Shown here one piece after another: positions 40,317 through 50,767 of a stretch of DNA of 64,000 nt. Position 1 is the stretch's first letter. Each line of letters begins with the position of its first letter. Under the pieces are notes generated by a model, which saw nothing but the letters and a program-made list of their open reading frames with translations, made no database searches and was not told where the DNA came from. The translations under genes were made by a program, and so were the position numbers. Source of the DNA: Anaerolineae bacterium (GTDB lineage Bacteria; Chloroflexota; Anaerolineae; S140-20); the NCBI GenBank assembly GCA_027021705.1, contig JALUTT010000022.1, positions 60 to 64,059 on the forward strand, read 5' to 3'.

Positions 40317-40682
40317 CCCCTCCCGCAGGTCCCGCGGTGCCCGGCGGTCGCCATAGCATATCGAAGGCGGCCTCCGAGGCGCTCCAGGCCGTGGGGAGGA
40401 CCTGCGGGAGGGTTCCGAGCGCTGAGAATGCTCAAACGCCACCCTCCCGCAGGTCCCGCGGTGCCCGGCGGTCGCCATAGCACATCGAAGGCAGCCTCCG
40501 AGGCGCTTCAGGCTGTGGGGAGGACCTGCGGGAGGGTTCCGAGCGCTGAGAATGCCCAAAGGCCACCCTCCCGCAGGTCCCGCGGTGCCCGGCGGTCGCC
40601 ATAGCATATCGAAGGCGGCCTCCGAGGCGCTCCAGGCCGTGGGGAGGACCTGCGGGAGGGTTCCGAGCGCTGAGAAGCCCTG
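40317..40682 (+). repeat. Three tandem 124-bp units of element B2
   Basis: Cores start at about 40317, 40441 and 40565; right TIR GAGCGCTGAGAAGCCCTG at 40665-40682. Confidence 0.9.
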
Positions 40683-40698
40683 GCGTCAGGAGCCCACC

Positions 40699-40727
40699 TT
40701 GACAAATCAGACCCCGTGCGGTATACT
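40699..40727 (+). promoter_or_regulatory. sigma70 promoter for the tRNA-Ala/T-box/ilvE unit
   Basis: TTGACA-17-TATACT. Confidence 0.85.
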
Positions 40728-40745
40728 TACAGGCGCTCACGAAAC

Positions 40746-40821
<76 letters not shown>

Positions 40822-40877
40822 GAGGGGGCCTGCGGCCCCAGAGGGCAACCGACCTTTCCAAGGTACCCCATCTCAAA

Positions 40878-41217
<340 letters not shown>

Positions 41218-41228
41218 GTATACGCCCG

Positions 41229-41349
41229 GTAACTGTTCACCCTCCCGCAGGTTAGGTGCGTTCCCGATGCGAAACCGTAGGTCAAATAGCCCATCGGGGC
41301 TGAAAGGGCCCTCGACCGGTGACCTGCGGGGGGTAGGTTGAGAAGCCCG
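41229..41349 (+). mobile_element. Element B1, decayed copy
   Basis: Left end GTAACTGTTCACCCTCCCGCAGGT intact; right end degenerate; no clean TSD. Confidence 0.75.
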
Positions 41350-41432
41350 TCCGAGGTGCAGGATTGGGCCGGCGAGGGCGAGAGGCGAGGGGGGAAAGCT
41401 CAACAGAGGACATAGCTGCAGCGGAGGAGCCT

Positions 41433-42368
41433 ATGACCATCGCCAAGACCCCCTGGATCTGGTTCAACGGTGAGCTGGTACCCTGGGAGGAGGCGAAAGT
41501 CCACGTCTTCACCCACGCCCTGCACTACGGCTCCAGCGTCTTCGAGGGGATGCGGGCCTACGACACCCCCCGGGGGCCGGCCATCCTGGGGCTGGAGCCC
41601 CACGTGCGTCGCCTGCTCAACTCCTGCAAGCTCTACCGGATGCCCGTCCCCTACACGCTGGACCAGCTCTGCGAGGCCATCCTGACCACCGTGCGGGCCA
41701 ACGGCCACCGGGCCTGCTACATCCGCCCCCTCGTCTTCCGGGGCTTCGACACCTTCGCCCTGGACCCCCGCTCCTGCCCCGTGGAGGTGGTGATCGGCAC
41801 CATCGAGTGGGGACGCTACCTGGGGGCCGAGGCCATCGAGCAGGGTGTGGACGTGGGGATCAGCAGCTGGCGGCGGATGGCTCCCAACACCTTCCCGGCG
41901 ATGGCCAAGATCGGGGGGCAGTACATCAACTCCCAGATCATCACGATGGAGGCCCACGACCACGGCTACGTGGAGGGGATTGCCCTGGACGCCAACGGCT
42001 ACGTGAGCGAGGGGAGCGGTGAGAACGTCTTCGTCGTCTACGAAGGGGTCCTCTACACCCCGCCCCTGGCCGCTTCCATCCTGGCCGGCGTGACCCGCCG
42101 CTTCGTGATCACCCTGGCCCGCGATCTGGGATACGAGGTGCGCGAACAGTTCATCCCGCGCGAGATGCTCTACATCGCCGACGAGGTCTTCCTCACCGGC
42201 ACCGCCGCCGAGATCACGCCGGTGCGTTCCATTGACAGGATACCCATCGGCAACGGGGGGCGCGGCCCCATTACCCGGCAGCTTCAGGACGCCTTCTTCG
42301 CCATCGTCGGCGGCGAGGCCGAGGACCGGTTCGGCTGGCTGACCTACGTCAACGAGACGGTGGCGTGA
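41433..42368 (+). CDS. ilvE: Branched-chain amino acid aminotransferase
   Basis: HALHYGSSVFEG, AKIGGQYINS, EGSGENVF, ILAGVTR and EVFLTGTAAE motifs. Confidence 0.96.
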   Translation: MTIAKTPWIWFNGELVPWEEAKVHVFTHALHYGSSVFEGMRAYDTPRGPAILGLEPHVRRLLNSCKLYRMPVPYTLDQLCEAILTTVRANGHRACYIRPLVFRGFDTFALDPRSCPVEVVIGTIEWGRYLGAEAIEQGVDVGISSWRRMAPNTFPAMAKIGGQYINSQIITMEAHDHGYVEGIALDANGYVSEGSGENVFVVYEGVLYTPPLAASILAGVTRRFVITLARDLGYEVREQFIPREMLYIADEVFLTGTAAEITPVRSIDRIPIGNGGRGPITRQLQDAFFAIVGGEAEDRFGWLTYVNETVA

Positions 42369-42375
42369 CAAAACC

Positions 42376-42497
42376 GTAACTGTTCACCCTCCCGCAGGTT
42401 AGGCGCGTTTCTGACGCGAAACCGTGCTTCAAATAGCCCATCGGGGCTGAAAGTGCCCTCGACCGGTGACCTGCGGGAGGGTAGGCTGAATGGATAC
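42376..42497 (+). mobile_element. Element B1 (122 bp)
   Basis: 8-bp TSD ACAAAACC at 42368-42375 and 42498-42505. Confidence 0.88.
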
Positions 42498-42529
42498 ACA
42501 AAACCAACGAGAAAGGGGGAACCGGAGTC

Positions 42530-43045
42530 TTGACCTTCACCGCCCACATCGGCGCCGGCGTCATCGGCGCCTACCTCATAGACGCACTCATCTTCCACCG
42601 GCCGATGACGCCCGAGACGATGGGCGTTGCCATTGGCCTCAGCCTGCTGCCGGACCTAGACAGTGTCTACGTCCTGACGGCGACGAGGAACTGGCAACTC
42701 AAGGACCGCAACCGGCACCACCGCTTCTTCAGCCACACACCGCTCTTCTTCCTGAGCCTGGCGCTGCTGCTGACGCCTTTTCTGAACCTACGGGCCTTGA
42801 CCCTCTTCATCGGGTTGACGCTGTTGCACCTGGTGCTGGACAGTTGGGCGACCGACGACGGAATTATGTGGCTCTGGCCCTTCCGCGAACGCCAGTACGC
42901 CCTGGTGCCCATCCAGGAGCGAGGGCCGGAGCTCTTCGGGATGACCTACTACCGGCAACGGTACTTCCGCCAGTGGTACGTGGCCCTGGCCGAGCTGCTC
43001 CTGCTCCTGGGCGGCCTGCTCGTGGGCGTGCAAGTTGTCGGGTAG
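42530..43045 (+). CDS. Membrane-bound metal-dependent hydrolase (YdjM/DUF457-like)
   Basis: H...LPDLD...HRFFSHT...LHLVLD motifs; TTG start. Confidence 0.8.
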   Translation: MTFTAHIGAGVIGAYLIDALIFHRPMTPETMGVAIGLSLLPDLDSVYVLTATRNWQLKDRNRHHRFFSHTPLFFLSLALLLTPFLNLRALTLFIGLTLLHLVLDSWATDDGIMWLWPFRERQYALVPIQERGPELFGMTYYRQRYFRQWYVALAELLLLLGGLLVGVQVVG

Positions 43046-43070
43046 ACCGGAGACTTGGAGCATACGGGGG

Positions 43071-43457
43071 ATGGGCGACATCTACCTGGAGTTGATCGTC
43101 GCCAACGTACACGACTGGACCCGCCAGCGGGAGGTCTCGTTCCTCGTGGACACCGGCTCAACCCGCGCCTGGATACCCCAGGAAATCGCCGAAGAGCTGG
43201 GGATCGAGCCTGTCGGGACGGTACCCCTGGAGCTGGCGGATGGTTCCATCAAAGCGCTGCCCTATGGATTCTGCCTCTTCGACTTCGGAGGGGAGCGGAT
43301 CGTGGGCAACGTGGTCATCGGGCCGCCGGGGAGCGAGCCCATCGTGGGCACCCACGTCCTCCAGGACTTCCGCGTGGTGGTGGATTTGGAACGACACACG
43401 GTATCACGCCGTCGAGCGATGAGAGCCAAGGTAGCAGTCCACCCTCCCGCAGGTTAG
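43071..43457 (+). CDS. Clan AA aspartyl protease (retropepsin-like)
   Basis: FLVDTGSTRAWIP and EPIVG...LQ motifs; C-terminus runs into element B1. Confidence 0.85.
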   Translation: MGDIYLELIVANVHDWTRQREVSFLVDTGSTRAWIPQEIAEELGIEPVGTVPLELADGSIKALPYGFCLFDFGGERIVGNVVIGPPGSEPIVGTHVLQDFRVVVDLERHTVSRRRAMRAKVAVHPPAG

Positions 43458-43552
43458 GCGCGTTTCCGAGGCAAAACCGTGCTCCAAATAGCCCATCGGG
43501 GCTGAAAGCGCCCTCAACCGGTGCCCTGCGGGAGGGTAGGCTGAATAGATAC
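43431..43552 (+). mobile_element. Element B1 (122 bp)
   Basis: 8-bp TSD GAGCCAAG at 43423-43430 and 43553-43560. Confidence 0.88.
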
Positions 43553-43580
43553 GAGCCAAGTACGCGATGGGGGGAGAGCT

Positions 43581-46361
43581 ATGACGGATCCATACGTGCC
43601 CCAGGAGATCGAACCCAAGTGGCAGCAACGGTGGGAGGCCGACGGGATCTACCGCGCCGTGGTGGACCCCGACCGCCCCAAGTTCTACTACCTGACGATG
43701 CTGCCTTACCCGTCGGGTGACCTGCACATCGGCCACTGGTATGCGATGACGCCCAGCGACGCCCAGGCCCGCTACTACCGGATGCGGGGCTACAACGTCC
43801 TCTTCCCGATGGGGTTCGATGCCTTCGGGCTGCCGGCCGAGAACGCCGCCATCAAGCACGGCATCCATCCCCGAGAGTGGACCTATGCCAACATCGAACG
43901 GATGCGCCGCCAGCTCCGTTCGATGGGCGCGATGTTCGACTGGGAGCGGGAGGCCGTCACCTGCGACCCCGAGTACTACCGCTGGAACCAGTGGTTCTTC
44001 CTGAAGTTCTACGAGCGCGGGCTGGCCTACCGGGCCAGGGCCGCCGTGGACTTCTGCCCCTCCTGCAACACCACCCTGGCCCGCGAGCAGGTCTGGGGGG
44101 AGGAGCGGGTCTGCGAGCGCTGCGGCACGCCGGTGGTCAAGAAGGACCTGGAACAGTGGTTCTTCAAGATCACCGCCTACGCCGAGGAACTGCTGGACTT
44201 CTCCCAGATCGAGTGGCCGGAGCGGGTGGTCACGATGCAGCGCAACTGGATCGGGCGCAGCGAGGGGGCCGACGTCATCTTCCGCTCCGAAGAAGGGGAC
44301 GAGATTGAAGTCTTCACCACCCGGCCCGATACGCTGTGGGGGGCGACCTTTATGGTCCTGGCCCCCGAGCACCCGCTGGTGGAGAAGCTGACGACGCCGG
44401 AGTACCGGGAGGCCGTCGAGGCCTACCAGTACCAGGCCGCCCGCCAGAGCGAGATCCAGCGGCTGGCCCTGGACAAGGAGAAGACGGGCCAGTTCATCGG
44501 CGCTTACGCCATCAACCCGGTCAACGAGGCCCGCATCCCCATCTGGATCGCCGACTACGTGCTGATGACCTACGGGACGGGGGCGATTATGGCGGTGCCG
44601 GCCCACGATGAGCGGGACTTCGAGTTCGCCCTGAAGTTCGGCCTGCCCGTCATCCCCGTCATCGCGCCGCCCTCGGGTCAGGCCAAGAGCGTCCTGCGGG
44701 CCGGCAGCTACCGGGAGGGCCTGACCGAAGCGCTGCGGGAGGCCGGCTTCGCCTTCGAGGAGGCCGACGGCGACCTCCAGGTCACCCTGGACGAGGCGGA
44801 CCGAGAGCGCTACATTGCCCTGGTCCGGTCCTACCTGAAGCCGGGCACCTGGACGGAGGTGGTCGGGGCCGGATGGGCCTTCGTCTTCGCCGACGGGCCG
44901 GTGATGAACGTCGGCTCCATCGAGGAGGAGCGCCGGATCCTGGAACGGTGCCAGGAACTGGACCCCGCTGTCCAAGCGAAGCGGACGGTGGCCGAACTGC
45001 TGTGGGACCAAGCCTTCTACCGGGACCTGCTCTTCCACGACGCCTACGAGCGGATGATCAACTCCGGTCCACTGACGGGCACGCCCGGCGAGGAAGCGGT
45101 CCGGCGCACCACCGCCTGGCTGGAGGAGCGGGGGGTGGGCAAGGCCGCCGTCAACTACCGGCTGCGCGACTGGCTGATCAGCCGACAGCGCTACTGGGGC
45201 ACCCCCATCCCCATCATCTACTGCCCCGAGTGCGGGACGGTGCCCGTGCCCGAGGAGGAGCTGCCCGTTCTCCTGCCCGAGGATGTGGACTGGAGGCCGA
45301 CGGGGGAGAATCCCCTGCGCTACCACGAGGCGTTCCTGCACACCACCTGCCCCCGCTGTGGCGGGCCGGCCCACCGCGAGACGGACACGATGGACACCTT
45401 CGTGGACTCCTCGTGGTATCAGTACCGCTACCTGAGCCCCGACTACGACGAAGGGCCGTGGGACCCCGAGGAAGGGGCCTACTGGCTGCCGGTGGACCAG
45501 TACACGGGCGGCATCGAGCACGCCACAATGCACCTGCTCTACACCCGCTTCTTCACCAAGGTCCTGCGGGACCTGGGGCTGGTGGACTTCGACGAGCCGA
45601 TGCTGCGCCTCTACAACCAGGGAACCGTCCTGGGCGAGGACGGGGAGAAGATGTCCAAGAGCCGGGGCAACGTCGTCGCGCCGGACGATCTGGTGGAGCA
45701 GTACGGAGCGGACACGGTGCGGGCCTACCTGATGTTCTTCGCCCGCTGGGACCAGGGCGGGCCGTGGGACAGCCAGGGGATCAAGGGCCCCCGTCGCTTC
45801 CTGGAGGACGTCTGGCGGCTGGTGCTGGAGCCGATGGACCCGGCCCAGGCGGAGGCAACGCCCACCGAGGAGCAGGTGCGGGTGCTGCGCCGCAAGACCC
45901 ACCAGACCATCAAGCGCTGCACCGAGGATATGGAAGCCTTCGCCTTCAACACCTACGTGGCCGCCCTGATGGAGTTCCGCAACGTGCTGCAGGAGGCGAA
46001 ACGGACGCCCGTCGCCGGCAGCGAGGCCTGGGAGGAGGCCATCGAAACGCTCCTGCTGCTGATGGCTCCCATCACCCCCCACATCGCCGAGGAGCTGTGG
46101 GTGCGCACGGGCCGGCCCTACAGCATCCACCAACAGCGCTGGCCCACCTGGGACGAGGCCATCGCCGCCGAGGAGACCTTCACCCTGGTCATCCAGGTCA
46201 ACGGCAAGGTGCGCGACCGGGTTGAGGTGCCGGTGGGCATCAGCGAGGAAAAGGCGCGGGAGATCGCCCTCGCCTCCGAGGCGGTCCGACGCCGTCTGAA
46301 CGGTCGGGAGCCCAAGCGGGTCATCTACGTCCCAGGCCGCCTGGTGAACGTGGTGGTGTAG
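43581..46361 (+). CDS. leuS: Leucine--tRNA ligase
   Basis: MLPYPSGDLHIGH, KMSKS, DWLISRQRYWG and YTGGIEHA motifs. Confidence 0.97.
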   Translation: MTDPYVPQEIEPKWQQRWEADGIYRAVVDPDRPKFYYLTMLPYPSGDLHIGHWYAMTPSDAQARYYRMRGYNVLFPMGFDAFGLPAENAAIKHGIHPREWTYANIERMRRQLRSMGAMFDWEREAVTCDPEYYRWNQWFFLKFYERGLAYRARAAVDFCPSCNTTLAREQVWGEERVCERCGTPVVKKDLEQWFFKITAYAEELLDFSQIEWPERVVTMQRNWIGRSEGADVIFRSEEGDEIEVFTTRPDTLWGATFMVLAPEHPLVEKLTTPEYREAVEAYQYQAARQSEIQRLALDKEKTGQFIGAYAINPVNEARIPIWIADYVLMTYGTGAIMAVPAHDERDFEFALKFGLPVIPVIAPPSGQAKSVLRAGSYREGLTEALREAGFAFEEADGDLQVTLDEADRERYIALVRSYLKPGTWTEVVGAGWAFVFADGPVMNVGSIEEERRILERCQELDPAVQAKRTVAELLWDQAFYRDLLFHDAYERMINSGPLTGTPGEEAVRRTTAWLEERGVGKAAVNYRLRDWLISRQRYWGTPIPIIYCPECGTVPVPEEELPVLLPEDVDWRPTGENPLRYHEAFLHTTCPRCGGPAHRETDTMDTFVDSSWYQYRYLSPDYDEGPWDPEEGAYWLPVDQYTGGIEHATMHLLYTRFFTKVLRDLGLVDFDEPMLRLYNQGTVLGEDGEKMSKSRGNVVAPDDLVEQYGADTVRAYLMFFARWDQGGPWDSQGIKGPRRFLEDVWRLVLEPMDPAQAEATPTEEQVRVLRRKTHQTIKRCTEDMEAFAFNTYVAALMEFRNVLQEAKRTPVAGSEAWEEAIETLLLLMAPITPHIAEELWVRTGRPYSIHQQRWPTWDEAIAAEETFTLVIQVNGKVRDRVEVPVGISEEKAREIALASEAVRRRLNGREPKRVIYVPGRLVNVVV

Positions 46362-46422
46362 GCCGTCATCGGGAGCCAACGCCGGAATCCTCATCTTGGT
46401 GCCCCACACCGTCCAGACCGCT

Positions 46423-46461
46423 ACAGCCCCGGAACCCCCATTCCGGGGCTGTTCCTCTTTT
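46423..46461 (+). terminator. Probable terminator after leuS
   Basis: ACAGCCCCGGAA/TTCCGGGGCTGT 12-bp stem followed by TCCTCTTTT. Confidence 0.6.
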
Positions 46462-46551
46462 CCGCCACCGCTTGCCTCCCCCCGCCGGATGTGCTACAAT
46501 GGGTGCAGGAGACCCGGATCGGCTGCCGAAGGCTGAAGAGGAGAGAGAGCG

Positions 46552-47181
46552 ATGGCCCTGCCGATGATCGCCCCACCCCCTGTCCGTCGGGAGGAGCCGG
46601 ACCTGCCCGCCGAGGGGGGGCCTTGGCCGGCCCAAGGGGAGTGGACCTACGAGGATTACCTGCGCCTCCCCGATGACGGACGCCGCTACGAGATCATCCA
46701 AGGAGTGCTCTACGTGACCGCCGCCCCCCGCTTCAACCACCAGTACGTCGTCGGTGAGCTTTTTGCCGCGCTCCGGGCCTACGTCCGCGAGCGCGGCTTG
46801 GGCGTTGTGATCCCGGCTCCCTTCGAGGTGCACCTGGGGGAGCGCATCCGCCCGGTCCAGCCCGACCTGATCTTCCTGCGGGCGGAGCGGCAGCCCTCGC
46901 CCGAGGCCGGCCACTTTGAAGGAGCCCCCGACCTGGTCGTCGAAGTCCTCTCCCCCTCCACGGCCCGCACCGACCGCGTGGTCAAGTTCTGGGTCTACGA
47001 GCAGAGCGGGGTGCCCGAGTACTGGATCGTGGACCCCCACGCCCGGTCCGTGGAGATCTACCTGCTCCGGGAGGGCATCTACACCCTCCACGGCCAGTAC
47101 GTCGGCAGCGAAACGCTCACCTCCCCCACCTTCCCGGAACTCGCCCTGCCCGTCCAGAGCCTCTTCCCCGAGCTGACCTGA
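46552..47181 (+). CDS. Uma2-family (DUF820) endonuclease-like protein
   Basis: WTYEDYLRLPDDGRRYEII.G, VQPDLIF, PDLVVEVLSPST and GVPEYWIVDP motifs. Confidence 0.92.
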   Translation: MALPMIAPPPVRREEPDLPAEGGPWPAQGEWTYEDYLRLPDDGRRYEIIQGVLYVTAAPRFNHQYVVGELFAALRAYVRERGLGVVIPAPFEVHLGERIRPVQPDLIFLRAERQPSPEAGHFEGAPDLVVEVLSPSTARTDRVVKFWVYEQSGVPEYWIVDPHARSVEIYLLREGIYTLHGQYVGSETLTSPTFPELALPVQSLFPELT

Positions 47182-47212
47182 CCACCACTTGGAGCAACCC
47201 TCATAGCCGAGT

Positions 47213-47256
47213 CGTGACATCTGTCACTTGCCCTCGTGAAAAAGTTGTGCTAACCT
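47213..47256 (+). promoter_or_regulatory. Putative fhs promoter with an abutting CRP/FNR-like palindrome
   Basis: CGTGA-N6-TCACT at 47213-47228; TTGCCC-17-TAACCT. Confidence 0.5.
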
Positions 47257-47292
47257 CACAAAAGCCGGAGTCTCGCCCACCGAGAAGTTGCT

Positions 47293-47385
47293 TTCACCGC
47301 AAGGGCTCGGAGGACGCTGAGACACTGATGGACTCTCCGCTGAACTCACCACAATCTCTGTGCCCCTCTGTGCCTCTGGGGTGAA
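47293..47385. repeat. Short imperfect palindromic element in the fhs leader
   Basis: TTCACCGCAAG...CTCTGTGCCCCTCTGTGCCTCTGGGGTGAA: inverted ends with iterated CTCTGTGC units. Confidence 0.5.
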
Positions 47386-47425
47386 TCTCGGACCTCAACC
47401 ACACAAGCATAAATGGGGGTGAACT

Positions 47426-49174
47426 ATGACCAGTAAGACGGTACCCAGCGACCTGGAAATCGCCCAGGCAGCAGAGCTCAAGCCGATCCTCGAGATCGCC
47501 GAGTCCATCGGCCTCACCGAAGAGGACCTGGACCTCTACGGCAAGTACAAGGCCAAGGTCCATCTGGACGTCCTAGAGAAATTTGCCGACCGTCCCCAAG
47601 GGAAGTACATTGACGTCACCGCCATCACCCCCACGCCCCTGGGGGAGGGCAAGACGACGACGACCATCGGCCTGACCCAGGCCCTGGGCCGCCTGGGCAA
47701 GAAGGTGATGACCTGCATCCGGCAGCCCTCGATGGGGCCTACCTTCGGCATCAAGGGGGGAGCCGCGGGTGGTGGCTACTCCCAGGTCGTCCCGATGGAG
47801 GACTTCAACCTCCACCTCACGGGCGACATCCACGCCGTCGGGGTGGCCCACAACTTGCTGGCGGCGGCCATTGACGCCCGCATTATGCACGAGGACCGCC
47901 TTTCCGACGAGCAACTGGCCGCCATCGGCCTGCGTCGGCTGAACATTGACCCCTACAGCATCACCTGGAACCGGGTGGTGGACGTCAACGATCGGGCGCT
48001 GCGCAACGTCATCGTCGGCCTGGGCACCAAGTGGGATGGTCGCCCCCGCCAGAGCGGCTTCGACATCACCGTCGCCTCCGAAGTGATGGCCATCCTGGCC
48101 CTGGCCACCAGCCTCAAGGACCTGCGGGAGCGGCTGGGCCGCATCGTCATCGGCACCAGCAAGGCGCGGGAGCCCATCACCGCCGAGGATTTGGGCGTGG
48201 CCGGCGCGATGACCGTTCTGATGAAGGACGCGCTGATGCCCAACTTGATGCAGACGCTGGAGGGGCAGCCCGCCTTCGTCCACGCCGGCCCCTTCGCCAA
48301 CATCGCCCACGGCAACTCCTCCGTCATCGCCGACCAGATCGCCGTCCGGCTGGCCGACTACGTGGTCACCGAGAGCGGCTTCGGGGCCGACTGTGGGATG
48401 GAGAAGTTCTTCGACATCAAGTGTCGCGTCAGCGGCCTCATCCCCAACGTCGTCGTCATGGTCGCCACCGTCCGCGCTCTCAAGATGCACGGCGGCGGCC
48501 CGCGCGTCGTGCCCGGCAAGCCCTTGGACCCGGCCTACACCGAGGAGAGCCTGGAGCTGCTGGAGAAAGGGCTGGCGAACCTGGGCGCCAACATCCAGAT
48601 CGCCAAGAAGTTCGGCATTCCCGTCGTCGTCGCCGTCAACGCCTTTGCCACCGACACCGAGGCGGAGCTGGAGATGGTGAAGCGCTACGCCGTGGAGGCA
48701 GGAGCTGAAAGCGCCCACGTCTGCACCCACTGGCGAGACGGCGGTGCTGGGGCCGTCGAACTGGCCGAGGGCGTGATCGCGGCCGCCGAGAAGCCCTCCG
48801 ACTTTCGCTTCCTCTATCCGCTGGACTGGCCCATCAAGAAGAAGATCGAGACCATCGCCAAGGAGATCTACGGAGCCGACGGCGTGGTCTACGAGGCGGC
48901 GGCCGAGCGCAAGATCAAGCTCTACACCGACCTGGGCTACGACAACATGCCCATCTGCATGGCCAAGACCCATCTCTCCCTCTCCCACGACCCCAACTGG
49001 AAGGGCGTGCCCAAGGGGTTCACCCTGCCCGTCCGGGACATCCGGGCCTCGGTGGGCGCCGGATTCCTCTACCCCCTCTGTGGCGAGATGCGCACGATGC
49101 CCGGCCTCCCCTCCCGTCCCGCCTTCTTGAATGTGGACCTGGATGAGGATGGGAAGGTTGTGGGCCTCTTCTAA
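47426..49174 (+). CDS. fhs: Formate--tetrahydrofolate ligase
   Basis: [31 protein letters not shown] and [11 protein letters not shown] motifs. Confidence 0.97.
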   Translation: MTSKTVPSDLEIAQAAELKPILEIAESIGLTEEDLDLYGKYKAKVHLDVLEKFADRPQGKYIDVTAITPTPLGEGKTTTTIGLTQALGRLGKKVMTCIRQPSMGPTFGIKGGAAGGGYSQVVPMEDFNLHLTGDIHAVGVAHNLLAAAIDARIMHEDRLSDEQLAAIGLRRLNIDPYSITWNRVVDVNDRALRNVIVGLGTKWDGRPRQSGFDITVASEVMAILALATSLKDLRERLGRIVIGTSKAREPITAEDLGVAGAMTVLMKDALMPNLMQTLEGQPAFVHAGPFANIAHGNSSVIADQIAVRLADYVVTESGFGADCGMEKFFDIKCRVSGLIPNVVVMVATVRALKMHGGGPRVVPGKPLDPAYTEESLELLEKGLANLGANIQIAKKFGIPVVVAVNAFATDTEAELEMVKRYAVEAGAESAHVCTHWRDGGAGAVELAEGVIAAAEKPSDFRFLYPLDWPIKKKIETIAKEIYGADGVVYEAAAERKIKLYTDLGYDNMPICMAKTHLSLSHDPNWKGVPKGFTLPVRDIRASVGAGFLYPLCGEMRTMPGLPSRPAFLNVDLDEDGKVVGLF

Positions 49175-49384
49175 TCGCCGTGGGAAACCCCTGGGGGCCG
49201 GTCTAGGACCGGCCCCACCTCTCCTGGATGGGCGTGCTGCCGATCCATCCCACCGGGGTGGGAAAGGAGGTGAAGCTGGAGAGACAGGCAACGGGGACCG
49301 GACTGAGGGCCTCCCTGTTGCCTGCTCTTTTCGCGTAGGATGGTGTGTGCTCTCACGAGCACCTGGCAATGAGGAGGCAGTGCA

Positions 49385-50743
49385 ATGGCTGTCGAGGAAG
49401 TCACTCCCGCAGTGGAGGAGCTGCTGGCCAAGGCGAAGAAGCCCTCCGAAGACGCGATGCGGCTCCACCCCTTCTACCGGGGGAAGATCGAGGTCTTCCC
49501 CAAGTGTCGGATCCGAGATTTCGATGACTTCGCCATCTGGTACACGCCCGGCGTAGCCGCCCCATGCCGGGCCATCGCCCAGGATCCCGAGCTGGTCTAC
49601 GAGTACACCAACAAGTGGAACACCGTCGCCGTCGTCTCCGACGGTACTCGGGTGCTGGGGCTGGGGGACATCGGCCCCAAGGCCGGTTTGCCTGTGATGG
49701 AGGGCAAGGCGCTGCTCTTCAAGTACCTGGGCGGCGTGGATGCGGTGCCCATCATGCTGGACACCAAGGACCCCAACGTCATCATCGAGACGGTGATGCT
49801 GCTCCAGCCGGCCTTCGGCGGCGTCAACCTGGAGGACATCGCCCAGCCCAAGTGCTTCCGCATCTTGGACACCCTCCGCGCCCGGGCGGAGATCCCCGTT
49901 TGGCACGACGATCAGCAGGGGACCGCCACCGTCACCCTGGCCGGGTTGATCAACGCGCTGAAGATCGTGGGCAAGGAACTGGACAAGGTGCGGATCGCCT
50001 TCATCGGCACCGGCGCATCCAACGTCGCCTGCTCCCGCCTTATCTTCTCGGCCGGAGCCAAGCCTGAGCTAGCCGTCTTCGTGGACAGCAAGGGGATCTT
50101 GCACAAGGATCGGGAGGACATCTACCTGCGGCGCAGCGAGTTCGTGGACAAGTGGAAGTACTGCCAGATAACCAACGCCGAGGATCGGCGGGGCGGCATT
50201 CCCGAGGCGATGGAAGGCGCCGACGTGGTGATCGCCCTCTCCCGTCCGGGGCCGGGCACCATCAAGAAGGACTGGGTGGCCGCGATGGCCAAAGACCCCA
50301 TCGTCTTCGCCTGCGCCAACCCCATCCCCGAGATCTGGCCCTGGGAGGCGAAGGAGGCCGGTGCAGCCGTTATCGCCACCGGGCGCTCCGACTTCCCCAA
50401 CCAGGTCAACAACTCCCTGGGCTTTCCCGGTATCTTCCGGGGTGCGTTGGATGTACGGGCTCGGACCATCACCGACGAGATGTGCCACGCCGCCGCCCAC
50501 GCGCTGGCCGGTATGGCCGAGGAGCAGGGGCTGACTCCCGACCACATCCTGCCCACGATGGATGAGTGGGAGGTCTTCCCCCGCGAGGCGGTGGCCGTCG
50601 CCTTGAAGGCCCAGGAGCAGGGGGTGGCCCGGCTCCAGCGGAGCGAGCAGGAACTCTACGAACACGCCGAGGCGATAATCCGCCGCTCCCGCCAGGTGAC
50701 CCAATGGATGATGCGCGAGGGCTTCATCGCGCCCTCCGACTAG
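49385..50743 (+). CDS. NAD(P)-dependent malic enzyme
   Basis: YTPGVA.PC, VSDGTRVLGLGDIG, NLEDI, HDDQQGTA and ATGRSDFPNQVNN motifs. Confidence 0.95.
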   Translation: MAVEEVTPAVEELLAKAKKPSEDAMRLHPFYRGKIEVFPKCRIRDFDDFAIWYTPGVAAPCRAIAQDPELVYEYTNKWNTVAVVSDGTRVLGLGDIGPKAGLPVMEGKALLFKYLGGVDAVPIMLDTKDPNVIIETVMLLQPAFGGVNLEDIAQPKCFRILDTLRARAEIPVWHDDQQGTATVTLAGLINALKIVGKELDKVRIAFIGTGASNVACSRLIFSAGAKPELAVFVDSKGILHKDREDIYLRRSEFVDKWKYCQITNAEDRRGGIPEAMEGADVVIALSRPGPGTIKKDWVAAMAKDPIVFACANPIPEIWPWEAKEAGAAVIATGRSDFPNQVNNSLGFPGIFRGALDVRARTITDEMCHAAAHALAGMAEEQGLTPDHILPTMDEWEVFPREAVAVALKAQEQGVARLQRSEQELYEHAEAIIRRSRQVTQWMMREGFIAPSD

Positions 50744-50767
50744 GTGAGGAAAGGGGAGGAAAGCACG

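Noticed and set aside
40317-40682. CRISPR array or attC cluster
   Set aside because: The units are whole-length near-identical copies of MITE B2, with no spacers and no RYYYAAC/GTTRRRY pair.
42376-43552. B1 repeats as attC sites delimiting gene cassettes (they contain GTTAGGC)
   Set aside because: There is no complementary R'' box, and each copy has its own TSD, which indicates independent transposition.
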